DNA of 63,329 nt, filler included, from Octopus bimaculoides (lineage: Eukaryota), in the NCBI RefSeq assembly GCF_001194135.2. It is 4 parts of 4 records of this genome, joined end to end, with 100 filler letters (N's around TTAATTAATTAA, not from the genome) between each part and the next. Parts side by side here need not be neighbours in the genome. Positions count along the whole stretch, not along the records: positions 1 to 29,390 come from NC_068984.1; 3 more parts are not named here. The stretch is one strand, 5' to 3'. The translations under genes and the position numbers were made by a program. Of the stretch, positions 1-11,529 are shown one piece after another. Within the stretch, counting starts at the first letter, position 1, and each line of letters begins with the position of its first letter. Below the pieces are notes generated by a model, which worked only from the letters and a program-made list of their open reading frames with translations, was not told where the DNA came from and searched no databases.

Positions 1-117
1 ATCTTGTTAGTGTCTTTATTAGATATAAAAATGCGTACTGTCCTCTCCTAATGTGGCCTTCACTTGAATATGATGGCTTTTAAAAACTATTGGACACATA
101 GTTTATATCTATTATTT

Positions 118-305
118 GTTTTTTCAGTTATTAGAGTGCGGCCATGCTGGGGCAGTACTTTACAAAATTTTTTTCTTTTCAGCCTGGTATTTATTCTATT
201 GGTCTGTTTTGCCAAACCGCTAAGCTTCAGGGATGTAAACACACCAACACTGGTTGTCAAATGGTAGGGCAGGACGAACACACACACACACACACACATA
301 TATAT
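118..305 (-). mobile_element. SINE family A, 3' half
   Basis: Reverse complement of the TG-microsatellite-to-tail module (ttgacaacc.gtgttggtgtgtttac...ccagcatggccgc) seen in full copies. Confidence 0.75.
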
Positions 306-619
306 ATCGTTGCTAATATGAGAAAATAGTAATTCAGTGAAGGAGAAGTAGTGAGAGGAAGTGAGAGAGAGTAATAGCAGTCTGAAAGGAAGTGAGAGAG
401 AGTAATAGCAATGAGAGAAAGGAAGGGGCGATAGATGAAAAAGGAAGGGAGGGATGAAAAAAAATCAGTGTCTCAACTCTGTATAAATATGTGCGTGTGT
501 TTGTGTGTGTGTGTGTACAAGGTAAGTATGTGAATGTATATGTGATTTTTATGTACCTTATTTTGTACCTTATTTATATATAAAATACTACAATTAGATG
601 TCATTATTGATGGCACGCA

Positions 620-2135
620 GTCAGCTAATTAATCATAATAGCTCAGTTATATCAAAAAGCATAAACTGAGTTTAATAGACCGATGGATCATGATGGCTCA
701 GTTTATATAAAATGCCATAGAATGAGTTTGATAATGTGACCAAATAGTTAATATAATAATAATATCAGCTGAATTATAAAACCCTTCAACTGGATTTTAG
801 TTGTCTGATTAATCATTAGAGCTCAGTGAATAAAGCAATAAAAGAAACTGAGTTATCCCCTAATACAATAATGAGTGTAGTGTTTNNNNNNNNNNCAGTG
901 AAGGAGAAGTAGTGAGAGTAATAGCCCTGACTGTTTGTATTAGAGTGCATTGTTGTACCATTCAAAAGTTTTTATTCTTTACAAACAATACGCAATGCTT
1001 CAAGCGAACTACAATACTCTCCTATCTCTACGCCTGGGCCAGGCCAAGTTCGCAACTGCTAGAGACAACAGGGATATAGCCCTGACTGTTTGTATTAGAG
1101 TGCATTGTTGTACCATTCAAAACTTTTTATTCTTTTCAGTTATAGTTTTATAAAGAGCAATCATGATAGATTAGTTTACTTAAAAAACTATATACTGAGT
1201 TTAGAATTAAGTTTAAAATTAGTGACAAGTATAACAACTCAGTCCATATAAAAAAGCCCATAAACTGAGTTACTAATCATAACAGCTCAATACATATTAA
1301 AACCAAAAACTGGTTTATCAATCATAATGGCTCAGTTTATCTATTGAAGGTATAATCTCAGTTTAAATTTCTGATCAAGTATAATGGCTCAGTTGATATA
1401 AAAAGCCATAAACTGAGTTTAATAACCTGATCAAGCATAACGGCTCCAGTTTATATTAGGAGCCATAAAGTGAGTTATTGAGTATAATGGCTCAGTTTAC
1501 CTGAAAGTCCATAACTTGAGTTTAAAAGTTTGATCAATTATAATGGCTCAGTCATCATCATTATCATCATTGTTGAACATCCGCTTTCCATGCTGGCATG
1601 GGTTGGACGGTTTGACTGAGGACAGGTGAGCCAGAGGCTGCACCAGGCTTCAATCTGATCTGGCAGAGTTTCTACAGCTGGATGCCCTTCCTAATGCCAA
1701 CCACTCTGAGAATGTAGCGGGTGCTTTTTACGTACCACCAGCACGAGGGCCAGTCAGGTGGTACTGGCAACGGCCACTCTCAAATGGTGTTTTTTAAGTG
1801 CCACCTGCACAGGAGTCAGTCCAGCGGCACTGGCAATGACCTCACTCAAATGTTGTTTTTCACATGCCACCAGCACAAGTGCCAGTAAGGCAACACTGGT
1901 AACGATCACGCTCGAATAGTCCTTGAAGCCATCAACCAAACTGTAAAATTCAAACCACTCATATCAGCTCAGTTTATATAAAACCCCAAACACTGCGTTT
2001 AAATTTCAAATCAATCATAACAGCACAGTTTATAAAAAAAGACATAAACTGAATTTAGTTGTCTGATCAATTCTAATGGCTCAATTTATATAAATAAAAA
2101 TCATGAACTGAGTTTAAAAATCTGATCAATCTTAA
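620..2135. repeat. Degenerate ~50-60-bp tandem array, consensus GATCAATCATAATGGCTCAGTTTATATAAAAAGCCATAAACTGAGTTTAA
   Basis: About 18-20 recognisable units in three blocks (620-860, 1150-1550, 1940-2135), interrupted by a gap-associated segment and a SINE. Confidence 0.8.
1551..1930 (-). mobile_element. SINE family C ((GAT)n tail, internal ~57-nt tandem subrepeats) inserted into the 55-bp array
   Basis: tcatcatc...catccgctttccatgctggcatgggttggacg...gagtttctacagctggatgcccttcctaatgccaacc, then three gccaccagcac...ctcaaatg units. Confidence 0.88.
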
Positions 2136-2451
2136 CATTTCTGTTTATATTTGCTCATTTTTTAATTATGTTGATTTTTCTGAATATTTGAAACAGCTGG
2201 TTTACAGCTGGTTGCACTTGCTTACTGTGTAACAATTAGTGAACTGTCAACCATTAGTAGTGTTGCCTTGTGTTTATGTGAAAGAAGTGAAACAGTGACT
2301 CACACCCGCTTTTATTTCATTTTACTCTTTTCTCTCTCTCTCTCCAGTTGTGACACAAATAAATTTGAAGGTTTCTATATCAATCCACCTTGAATCCAAT
2401 GAAACATTGTCATATGGTCATTGATTTTAGTTTTCTAGGTGACCTACAAAG

Positions 2452-2610
2452 TATTGCTGTGGCTGTGTGGTGAGAAGTTTGCTTCCCAACCACATGGTTC
2501 TAGGTTCAGCCCCACTGTGTGGAACCTAGGGCAAGTGTCTTCTATAATAGCCTCAGGCCAACCAAAGCCTTGTGGATCGGTTTGGTTAATAGAAACTGCA
2601 AGAAACACAT

Positions 2611-2641
<31 letters not shown>

Positions 2642-2850
2642 TGTGTGTGTGTTTATCGCCCACCACCACTTGACAACCGGTGTTGGAATATTTATGTCCT
2701 TGTAACTTAGCAGTTTGGCAAAAGAGACTGACAGAATAAGTACCAAACTTTAATATAGAAAAAAAGCACTGGGGTTGATTCATTCAACTTCAATTTTTCA
2801 AGGCAGTGCTCCAGCATGGCTGTAGTCTAATGAGTGAAATAATTATGAAT
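2452..2850 (+). mobile_element. tRNA-derived SINE family A, near full length
   Basis: tRNA-like head GTGGCTGTGTGGT...GGTTCAGCCCC, core gggcaagtgtcttcta, (TG)n, tail gtgctccagcatggc. Confidence 0.85.
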
Positions 2851-2919
2851 ACAGGAAACCATTGGTTACCTGAAAAATCTGAGAAGATTAGAACTCTTGT
2901 TTTTAATTACTATTTATCA

Positions 2920-2940
2920 TTATTATTATTATTATTATTA

Positions 2941-2990
<50 letters not shown>
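2920..2990. repeat. (TTA)n microsatellite
   Basis: Direct reading. Confidence 0.97.
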
Positions 2991-2993
<3 letters not shown>

Positions 2994-3089
2994 CAATCAA
3001 AAGACGGCAAGCAGGTGGAATTGTCAGTGCAGTGGACGGAAGTTTTCACATCTTTTCTTTGGGCATTTCATGTTCTGAGTGCAAATACT

Positions 3090-3240
3090 GTCAACCTCTA
3101 AAGAATGAAACATTCTTTAGGGGGTTGATAAAATAAAGTACCAGTTAAACACTGGGGTCAATATAATCAACTAGACTCACACCCTCTTATGAAATTTCAG
3201 GCTTTGTACCTATAGTAGAAAGACTTATGAATAGCTAGAA
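3090..3240 (+). mobile_element. SINE family B, 3' part
   Basis: ggggttgataaaataaagtaccagttaaacactggggtcaat...gaaatttcaggctttgtacctatagtagaaag. Confidence 0.65.
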
Positions 3241-3244
3241 GTGA

Positions 3245-3556
3245 CAGAATGACTCAGGAGCTGAGATCGTTGCCAGTGCCGATGGACTGGCTCCTGTGCA
3301 GGTGGCATGTAAAATACACCATTTCGAGTGTGGCCATCACCAGTACCGCCTGACTGGCCCTCGTGCCAGTGGCACGTAAAAGCACTCACTACACTCTCGG
3401 AGTGGTTGGCGTTAGGAAGGGCATCCAGCTGTAGAAACTCTGCCAAATCAAATTGGAGCCTGGTGTCGCCTCCTGGTCCACCAGTCCTCAATCAAATCGT
3501 CCAACCCATGCTAGCAGGAAAAGCGGACGTTAAACGATGATGATGATGATGATGAT
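3245..3556 (+). mobile_element. SINE family C
   Basis: Subrepeats, then ggaagggcatccagctgtagaaactctgcc...ccaacccatgctagc...cgttaaacgatgatgatg. Confidence 0.88.
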
Positions 3557-4330
3557 GACACACATGTGCGCGCATGCACACACACACACACACACAATTA
3601 TAAGGAAGAAGAATGGAGCAAGCAAGTCTCTTTAAACATCAGTTTACAATTGTTTCATCTGAATTTGAACTCATCAATCTTGCCATATTATACAATAATA
3701 TATGCAACTACTGATTCTTCAGGTGCTACAGAAATGACACACACCAAATCAGTCTCAACAAAATTATGTATAAAAGTCATTTGCTGCAGGAGCTTGAATT
3801 ATCCAGAGGCGAGGGCTGGGTGAGTGGGAGGCGTCCTTTAATTGGAGTAATTTCCAAAGATTTCTAACATTGTTTCTTCATATTTTACTTTTGAATTTAC
3901 TTATGTAAATTTGTATAGGTATGGAAACTTGTATAGAAATAATCAGTATATGATTTAACATTTTAAACACAGTTCAACAAATTCATTTGTATTTATGAAA
4001 TGGAGGAGATTAGATGTTAAAATAGGTTATAGTTTTTATTATTCATGCTTCTATACAATTTGTTTCATACAAAACGACTCAGATAGTCATAATAGGAAAT
4101 TGGAATAGTCAAATTTGTACTCATCAGTAGCTGGGATAAAAACTAAAAAAGGTGTTAGAAGTACATAGATTTTCTCTTAGTAATCATATTGTATTAATGC
4201 ATTCATTCTTGGAGTCATGCCTATTTTAAGCAAGACATTTTAAAAATAGGCATGACTCCAGTGCAAAACCAAATGGTAAAATCAGCCATTATGAATATAA
4301 AATATTGTATACTTAGACTAATATTAAAAA

Positions 4331-4723
4331 TGATAGCATGTTGTCAACTTAATGTGACAGTCCCATAAAAGGGAAGAATGCTACTGTTATTTAGTCCTAA
4401 GAAACATCGTTTCCTGTTGGACTTGACACATTTCTCATGTCCTTAAGTGGCGACAAGCACCTCCACCCAGCAAAACCAACATCCAGAGACTAGTTTCAGA
4501 GTCATTGCCCATCATCAGTCTGGAGTAGCATGGTGGGCATTGAATCTGAAGGTAGTCTCTGGATGCTGGTTTTGCTGGGTGGAGGTGCTTGTCTCCAGTT
4601 TGAAAACATAAAGACACGGGAAATGTGTCAAGTCCAACAGGAAACGGTGTTTCCTAGGGCTAAATAACAGTAGCATTCTTCCCTTTTATGGGACTGTCAC
4701 ATTAAGCTGACAACATGCTATCA
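4331..4723. repeat. ~390-bp near-perfect palindrome (inverted duplication) centred near 4523
   Basis: 4331-4443 is the reverse complement of ~4611-4723, and 4453-4493 of 4553-4593 (1 mismatch). Residual symmetry (ttcaga/tctgaa, tgcccatca/tggtgggca) continues into the centre. Confidence 0.92.
4482..4524 (-). ncRNA. Minimal type I hammerhead ribozyme motif
   Basis: Minus strand: UCCAGA CUGAUGA U GGG CAAUGA CUC U GAAA CUAG UC UCUGGA. 6-bp stem I, intact core, 3-bp stem II (one G-U), palindromic ACUAGU stem III, GUC cleavage triplet. Confidence 0.75.
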
Positions 4724-5499
4724 CTTTATCATACTACTACTGCATAAATCTCTTTGAGAGATTTAGAAATATATTATTTTTAATATTAATATTTAATAGG
4801 TTGCTCACCTATTTACCTGACTGCTTGATAAGTCAGGAGTTATGTGATGTATTACACAATCTAACTAATTCTATCATTCTTATGTGAAAACAAAAACTCC
4901 CAATGAAACAATTGTGACTCTAATACCAGATAACCTATTTGCCTGTTTTAATTATGTAAACACTTGTGTACTCATGTTTTGATTACTCTTTCCCTGTTGA
5001 ATAACCAAACCTTGTCTTTAATTGATACCGATTTATTAAAATTTTTGGGTTGTCTCCCTTGCATTTTTCTTTTTTTACTAGAATTAATTTTTGAGCTAAT
5101 GGTGTTCCCTCCTCACTAAAAGTGTAAATCTATTTAATTTTAAAATTCCTTGGCTCATCACATTAATTATATTAGCACACATTTTACCGTTGGATACTCA
5201 AGGGAGGAAAAGAAGAGATGAAAAGACGAGATAAAGTAGTGCAATTAATATATATATATTAATATATTAACACACACACACATACACACACATTAAAAAA
5301 ATATGTCATATTAATATATTCTGAAAATATATAGAGAAATTCAATATGTGTAGAAGATTTTATGAGTTACTATTTTAATTTACAAGTTCACCCTTAATTA
5401 AAATGTGACTAGCCATGGAGCTCTTATACAGCAAGAAGCTTGCTCTGTTCTGGCCCTTGCTGTCATATTTCAACCTCTTGTCTCTTAGCACAAAGCTGT

Positions 5500-5730
5500 C
5501 TCTCTCAACGTTCGTATACTTGCATGCAAGCTGCTAGGTAACCTCACTGGTGCTGGTGCCACTAAAAGGCACTCAACACACACTGTAAAAAGGTTGGCAT
5601 TTAGAAAGGCATCTATAAATAGAAACCATGCCAAAATAGACAGTAGTGAACAATGCAGTCCTTGACTCCCCCATTGGACTCTGTCAAAGGGGTTAACCCA
5701 TGCCAGCATGAAGCATGGACATTAAGTGAT
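5500..5730 (+). mobile_element. SINE family C-related variant
   Basis: ggttggcatttagaaaggcatc...tagaaacc...aacccatgccagcatg...gacattaagtgatga. Confidence 0.65.
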
Positions 5731-5869
5731 GACATTGTACAAAGCGGCTTCTTGTAGGAGCGAGGGACCAGTCACAGAGTTCCTACCATTCACAGTAATG
5801 AGTTCTACTTACACATTTACTATTACTTATAAGACCCCCACCCATAAAAAAAGTTGTGGCCTTGTACAT

Positions 5870-6065
5870 CAGCATCAACATCATCATCATCATTTAACGT
5901 CTATCTTCCATCTTGGATGGTTTAACAAGATCTAATGGGTCTAAGGACTGCATTACACTCCACTGCTTACTTTGCTATGGGTTCTATGTCGTGATGTTCT
6001 TTCTAATATCAACCCTTTTTGTGCCACCAGCACCAGTGAGGTTACCGTGTAGCCTGCAAGACCAA
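5870..6065 (-). mobile_element. SINE family C-related variant, inverted relative to the 5500 copy
   Basis: tcatcatcatcatttaacgtc...ttcca...gtgccaccagcaccagtgaggttacc is the reverse complement of 5527-5560 and the tail. Confidence 0.6.
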
Positions 6066-6414
6066 AAACCATGATAGCTTTATGCTAGGTCAATATAAAA
6101 CGCTGTTCCTTCATCCACAAATTTTGCAGCCTTGTACCTACCTATGTAAGAAATCAATATAAAGCTACTATAATTTGTCACAATCTTAGTACTGAAGGAT
6201 TCAATTAAAGATTTTCCACATTATTAAAGATGACGGCTTAAACTCAATTATTTAATTCAGTTTTATAAAATCTTATTTAACCACTCAGTTATGAAGGGAA
6301 AGGATTTTTTAGATTTTCTCTATTAATTGGTTTGATTCAGCTTAATTTATATATGAAAGATCTGCGACTCTAGAGATATTTAATGTGGCTGAGAGAATGG
6401 TAGGGAAAATGTGT

Positions 6415-6730
6415 GCGTATGTGTGTGTGTGTTAGAGAGAGAAAGAAAGAGAGTGCTTGTGAGAGAGAATACATGTAAGGGTGTGTGCATATGTGAAAGC
6501 AACAGAAAAAGAGAACAAGAGAGAGGGGGAGAAGAGAAGGTGTGTGTGAGAGAGAGAGAAAGAGATGTGTGAGAGAGTAAAAGGGAGTGAAGTAGAGAGA
6601 ATGTGAGGTAAAGAGAGAGAAAGTGAAAGTCAGAGAGTGGGAGAGAGTGAAAGAAAAAGAGAAAGTTTGAGAAAGAGTGTGGGTGAGAGGAAATATTTTT
6701 AGATATATTTTGTACATGTGTGTGTGTGTA
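6415..6730. repeat. GA/GT-rich low-complexity tract
   Basis: Direct reading. Confidence 0.9.
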
Positions 6731-7501
6731 GTTAATTTGAGGAAGTTATATCCTCATTCGGGATTATATAATCCAAGGTGTTCCACTTGTTTAATCCCTA
6801 TCATATAATGTGAAAGTCATTGGTGTATGTTAGGGATTATTGAGATTATCAATATTGGAGGAAAAACAAGAAGAAAATGGAAAAGAACTGAATGTATGAA
6901 GAATTTATTTGTATGTTACAAAAAAAGATGAAAGTTTCTTTTAAAAAATATAACAGTACAAAGAAATTGATTACAGCTTGCCCTGGGTACACCATATGGA
7001 ATTCCTATCTACACCTTTCCTCCATATCATGCAGGGCCATTTATCTGATGGTGATGGTGGTGGTAGTGTCAGTGGAGGTAGTGATAGATTCATTTGACTA
7101 AAAATTCTTCAAGGCAGTGCCCCAGCATGGCCGCGATCTCATGACTGAAACGAACGAAAAGCAAAAAATAGGAAAACCCATTTAAGGGTCCCCCCCCTTC
7201 AGTTTTTATTACTGAAATAATAGAATTTCAGGAAGGTTTTCTGTAATAATCATTTGTCCAGTCCCAGGTGGTCAGACTATTTCTTTTTAACCGCCATATT
7301 TGTATCTTGCGAGGAGAATTCTCCTCCCACCACCACCACCATCATCACCACTACACAAGTATTTGCACCTCCTCCCTCATCACCTGGTACTTTTTGGTTA
7401 TCTCACCCCCATTAAAAAATTGGGTTATCTCTCTCAACTAGAAAAATTGTTTAACCCTTAATAAAACAAAAGAAAAAAATGAAAAAGATTAATAAACATT
7501 G

Positions 7502-7868
7502 CACAGGAGTGGTTGAGTGGTATGTAGCTTGCTTAGCAACCACATGGTTCCGGGTTCAGTCCCACTGCGTGGTAGCTCAGGCAAGTGTCTTCCACTATAA
7601 CCTCGGGCCGACCAAAGCCTTGTGAGTGGATTTGATAGATGGAAACTGAAAGAAGACCGTCATATATATGTGTGTGTGTGTGATTGTGTGTCCGTGTTGT
7701 CCCCACCAGCATCGCTTGACAACCCCATAATGTAGCGGTTCGGCAAAAGACACTGATAAAATAATACTAAGCTTACAAAGGGTAAGTTCTGGGGTCGATT
7801 TACTCGACTTAAGGCGGTGCTCCAGCATGGTCGCAGTCAAATGACTGAAACAAGAGAAAAGATTAAAG
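7502..7868 (+). mobile_element. SINE family A, near full length
   Basis: Same head, core, TG tract and tail gcggtgctccagcatggtcgcagtcaaatgactgaaacaag. Confidence 0.88.
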
Positions 7869-8099
7869 ATCTTATTGAATCTGATAAGATTTTTATAACA
7901 AACCACATACCATGCGTATTGTGGAGGCCAAAAGTCAACAATGTGTTGAAGTATTGAATCAAAAGGACCTAACCCTTTTAATTCCAATCCCTTGTCGCCA
8001 CATAATCTCAACTTTTGAGTGAAGAGATAGCCCAATTTTTTTATGGCAATATTTTAATTGGTGTGATATAACCAAAATCTACCCATCACCCTATGATAT

Positions 8100-8850
8100 T
8101 TATTTCTTTATTGCCGACAGGGGGCTAAACATAGAGGGGACAAACAAGGACAGCAGACAAAGGGATTAAGTTGATTATATCGACCCCAGTGCGAAACTGG
8201 TTCTTATTTAATCGACCCCGAAAGGATGAAAGGTAAAGTCAACCTCGATGGGATATATCACCCTATAATATTGAAAGGCGGTGGTGAGCTGGCAGAAACG
8301 TTAGCACGCCGGGCGAAATCCTTAGCAGTATTTCGTCTGTCACTACGTTCTGAGTTCAAATTCCGCCGAAGTCGGCTTTACCTTTCATCCTTTCGGGGTC
8401 GATTAAATAAGTGCCAGTCACGCACTGGAGTCGATATAATCGACTTAATCCGTTTGTCTGTCCCCTCTGTTTGTAGCCCCTTGTGGGCAATAATGAAATA
8501 AGAAACGTTAGCAGAAACGTCGTCTGCCACTACGTTCTGAGGTCGACTTTACCTTTCATCCTTTCGTCGTCCATAAATTAAGTACCAGTTGCGTACTGGG
8601 GTCGATGTAATCGACTTAATCCGTTTGTCTGTCCTTGTTTGTCCCCTCTATGTTTGGCCCCTTGTGGGCAATAAAGAAATAAGAAACGTTAGCATCCCGG
8701 CCGAAATGCTTAGCAGTATTTTGTCTGTCTTTACGTTCTGAGTTCAAATTCCGCCGAGGTCCACTTTGCCTTTCATCCTTTTGGGGTCGATAAATTAAGT
8801 ACCAGTTGCGTACTGGAGTCGATCTAATCGACTAGGCTTTGTGCTTGGAG
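8100..8850. mobile_element. Cluster of four SINE family B copies (one minus at ~8100-8250, three plus at ~8275, ~8506, ~8685)
   Basis: Repeated gttagcacgccgggcgaaat...ttctgagttcaaattccgccgaggtcgactttgcctttcatcctttcggggtcgat...gtaccag, plus its reverse complement upstream. Confidence 0.92.
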
Positions 8851-9134
8851 TAGAAAAGAATATTATTCAAAGGACTTCTGTTCATCTCAGGCGCCAAACA
8901 GCCAGTGACCTGTTACGAACTCATAATTTCTCTGCCTGACTGACAGCCAATCCACTGAGCTAATGTGACCCCCCACCTCCGTCCTTATCCTCCGCCGCCT
9001 CTGTACAAAATAGCACAAAGGTTAAAAGAAGAACAGTGACAAGATCCTTTCACGGAATTTATTGTCATAACTAAACATTTCTCATAAGAGTCAGTTTTAC
9101 TTTTATTGTCCCTTTTAAGGTTAATAAAATAAGT

Positions 9135-9345
9135 AGTAGCTGGTGGCGGCGGCGGCGATGGCGCTAGTAGATCGTAGGTGGTGATAGTGATGGTTGTGAT
9201 GGTGGTGGTAGTGGCAGTGGAGGTAGTGATAGTAGTAGGAGTAGTAGTGGTAGTGGCGGTGGTGGTGGTGGCAATGAAAGTTGTCGTCGTCGTCGTAGTA
9301 GTGGGAAACCCCATCGCTTACTATCCACCCCCACCACCACTTTTA
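9135..9345. repeat. (GTA/GTG)n trinucleotide low-complexity tract
   Basis: Direct reading. Confidence 0.9.
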
Positions 9346-11529
9346 TGTATTATTAAAAAAAAAAGAAGAGTTTTATTCATTTGATCATAATGATCAAATA
9401 TTGTGATTGATTAATTAAGGTAAGGAGTGTTTACGTCAAAGGTACCCATCCTGGGGGTAACGTACCTACACTTCCTAGGAGTGCAAGGTAGCATTTCAAG
9501 TGAATGTTACGTAGTGAGGTAAACATGCTTTATAAAAATCGTTTTTCAGGTTAAAATTATTAAACTCTTAAAAAATTAGATTTGTTTAGTCAGGTACAAG
9601 AAAGAATGTTGTTATTCTATAATACTGAATGAGGTGAAATTTTAAAAAAATATTAATTAGTCACTAGAAAATTGATTCTTTTTTTTGTTTACCTTCAGAT
9701 GTAATATGACTTTTGTAGAAGTGTGAAAATTAATCAGTTCTCTTAATAAGTTGGAGAAAGAGGAAAAGGCTGGAAGAAATTGCTCCCGTTAGTAGAGCGG
9801 TCTGCTAGAAATAGCAGTCATATCTCCGTCAAATCTTGAAAGCCACATTGGATAGTTACAGTTCATTCCTATAACTTTTCGTTAATATATTCTTTAATCT
9901 CGGTTGGGAATATTGCTTTGAAAATTGTGGGAATATATTCATAGTTTAAAACAAATTGGGTCCTTCCCTTTTAGCATTTAAACCGAAAAGACTAAAAGTA
10001 AAAATAATTTTTCTCACTGTTATACAAAGCTTCAATATGTATGTATGTGCATATGTGTTATACAAAGCTTCAATATGTATGTATGCATGTATGTGTGTGT
10101 GTGTATATGTATGTATGTATGTTTGTATGTGTGTATGTATGTACTGGGCCTAACGAGTTAAATTTTTGTAAGAAACCTACGAAATCGCATCCGGCCGAAT
10201 TAAACTTTTTAAAAAAAATAATATATACGGTGGTGCACCAGCATGACCGCAGCCACTTGGCTGAAACACATAAATAAATAAATATACACATACATACATA
10301 AATAAATACAAGTATGTATGTATGCATATATATATATTGTATGTATGTATGTATGCGTGTATGTATTAATATAAGTATGTATGCATACATATTGTATGTT
10401 TGTATGTATGTATTAAAGAATTAAATGAATGTAAACATATAAAAAAAATTGCTTGAATAAACTAAGGAATATCAAACTTGTCTGCTTTTCATACAAGTTT
10501 ACTTTATTCAATAATTTTACACCTGACGGAAACCGAATAAGAAAAGGAGAAATATGTTTCCTATTTGACCTACTTTCGCGACATTGTTATTTGTGAAGGT
10601 ATTTTGTTCTTGTGACAGTGAATGAAGTCATTTCCCTGGATTAAAGGTGTGTGGAGATGAGACATACAATAAAGGAAAAAATCTATTCTCAGCTTTCATT
10701 TATAAACTACACATTACTGTTACAACTACAACAATAATATATGAATAGGTCAGTTGAAACACCAGGGGAAAAAATAAATTAATTAAGGGTTACATTGGAA
10801 AGCTAGAGCGGGAAGGTGTTTATCAAAGGTCACCCTGTGCAAATAGTTTTTCGAACCTAACTTGATGCACTTTTCAATAAATAATCAAGGTAAAGATTGT
10901 TATAGAACCTAGTGTAATTATCTCCCTTAGACACAGTGCGTGAATGTTAGAGGCGAAGGTTAGACGGGGATGGTGGATGTCGGTTCGATAACGACTTAGT
11001 GTACAAACCACACACACAACTACTGACTGTTGATTTTAACATCATTAACTCAGCCGAAGGTAACTGCTTACTTTGAAATGTACCTTATTGTGTGTGTGCG
11101 TGAGTGATACACCTGGACTCCCAATAAACTTCTTTCTTTATGAATAAAAGTATGATTTTTTTTTCATTTTACAAAGTTCAACTCTGTTTAAAGTATTATA
11201 CTAAAATATGCTAATAAATAGAGCCATTTTTTTACACGGTTTAAACTTACGAGAAGTTTATGCTCTCTTTTTTTTTTTTTTTTTTGCAAGCTAATTATAA
11301 AAAAATATTACACACCTATAAAATACGTTAAATGCAATATTAAGTTTTTTTTTAGAATACTGACGTGGGTATTGATTAGAAATGATAATCACTTCCACTT
11401 TTGAAAAACTGCTACAAATATATAAGCTACAAGTAAAGGTATTTTACATTCAGGTAAAAATGTATTACTAAGAAAGACGGTCAGCCTTTGTAGTATTTTT
11501 ATTTTGTTATTATTATTTTTTTTTCTCAT

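Noticed and set aside
896-1140. Duplicated segments (896-965 matching 337-370 and 1076-1135)
   Set aside because: Begins exactly at a 10-N gap; most likely a contig-overlap artefact.
620-2135. CRISPR-like appearance of the palindromic repeat array
   Set aside because: Eukaryotic context, no cas genes, units are degenerate and contiguous rather than identical repeats with unique spacers.
9455-9485. Possible 9-nt minus-strand microexon (cctag GAAGTGTAG gtacgt)
   Set aside because: No host gene identified on that strand and no clear polypyrimidine tract; such matches arise by chance.
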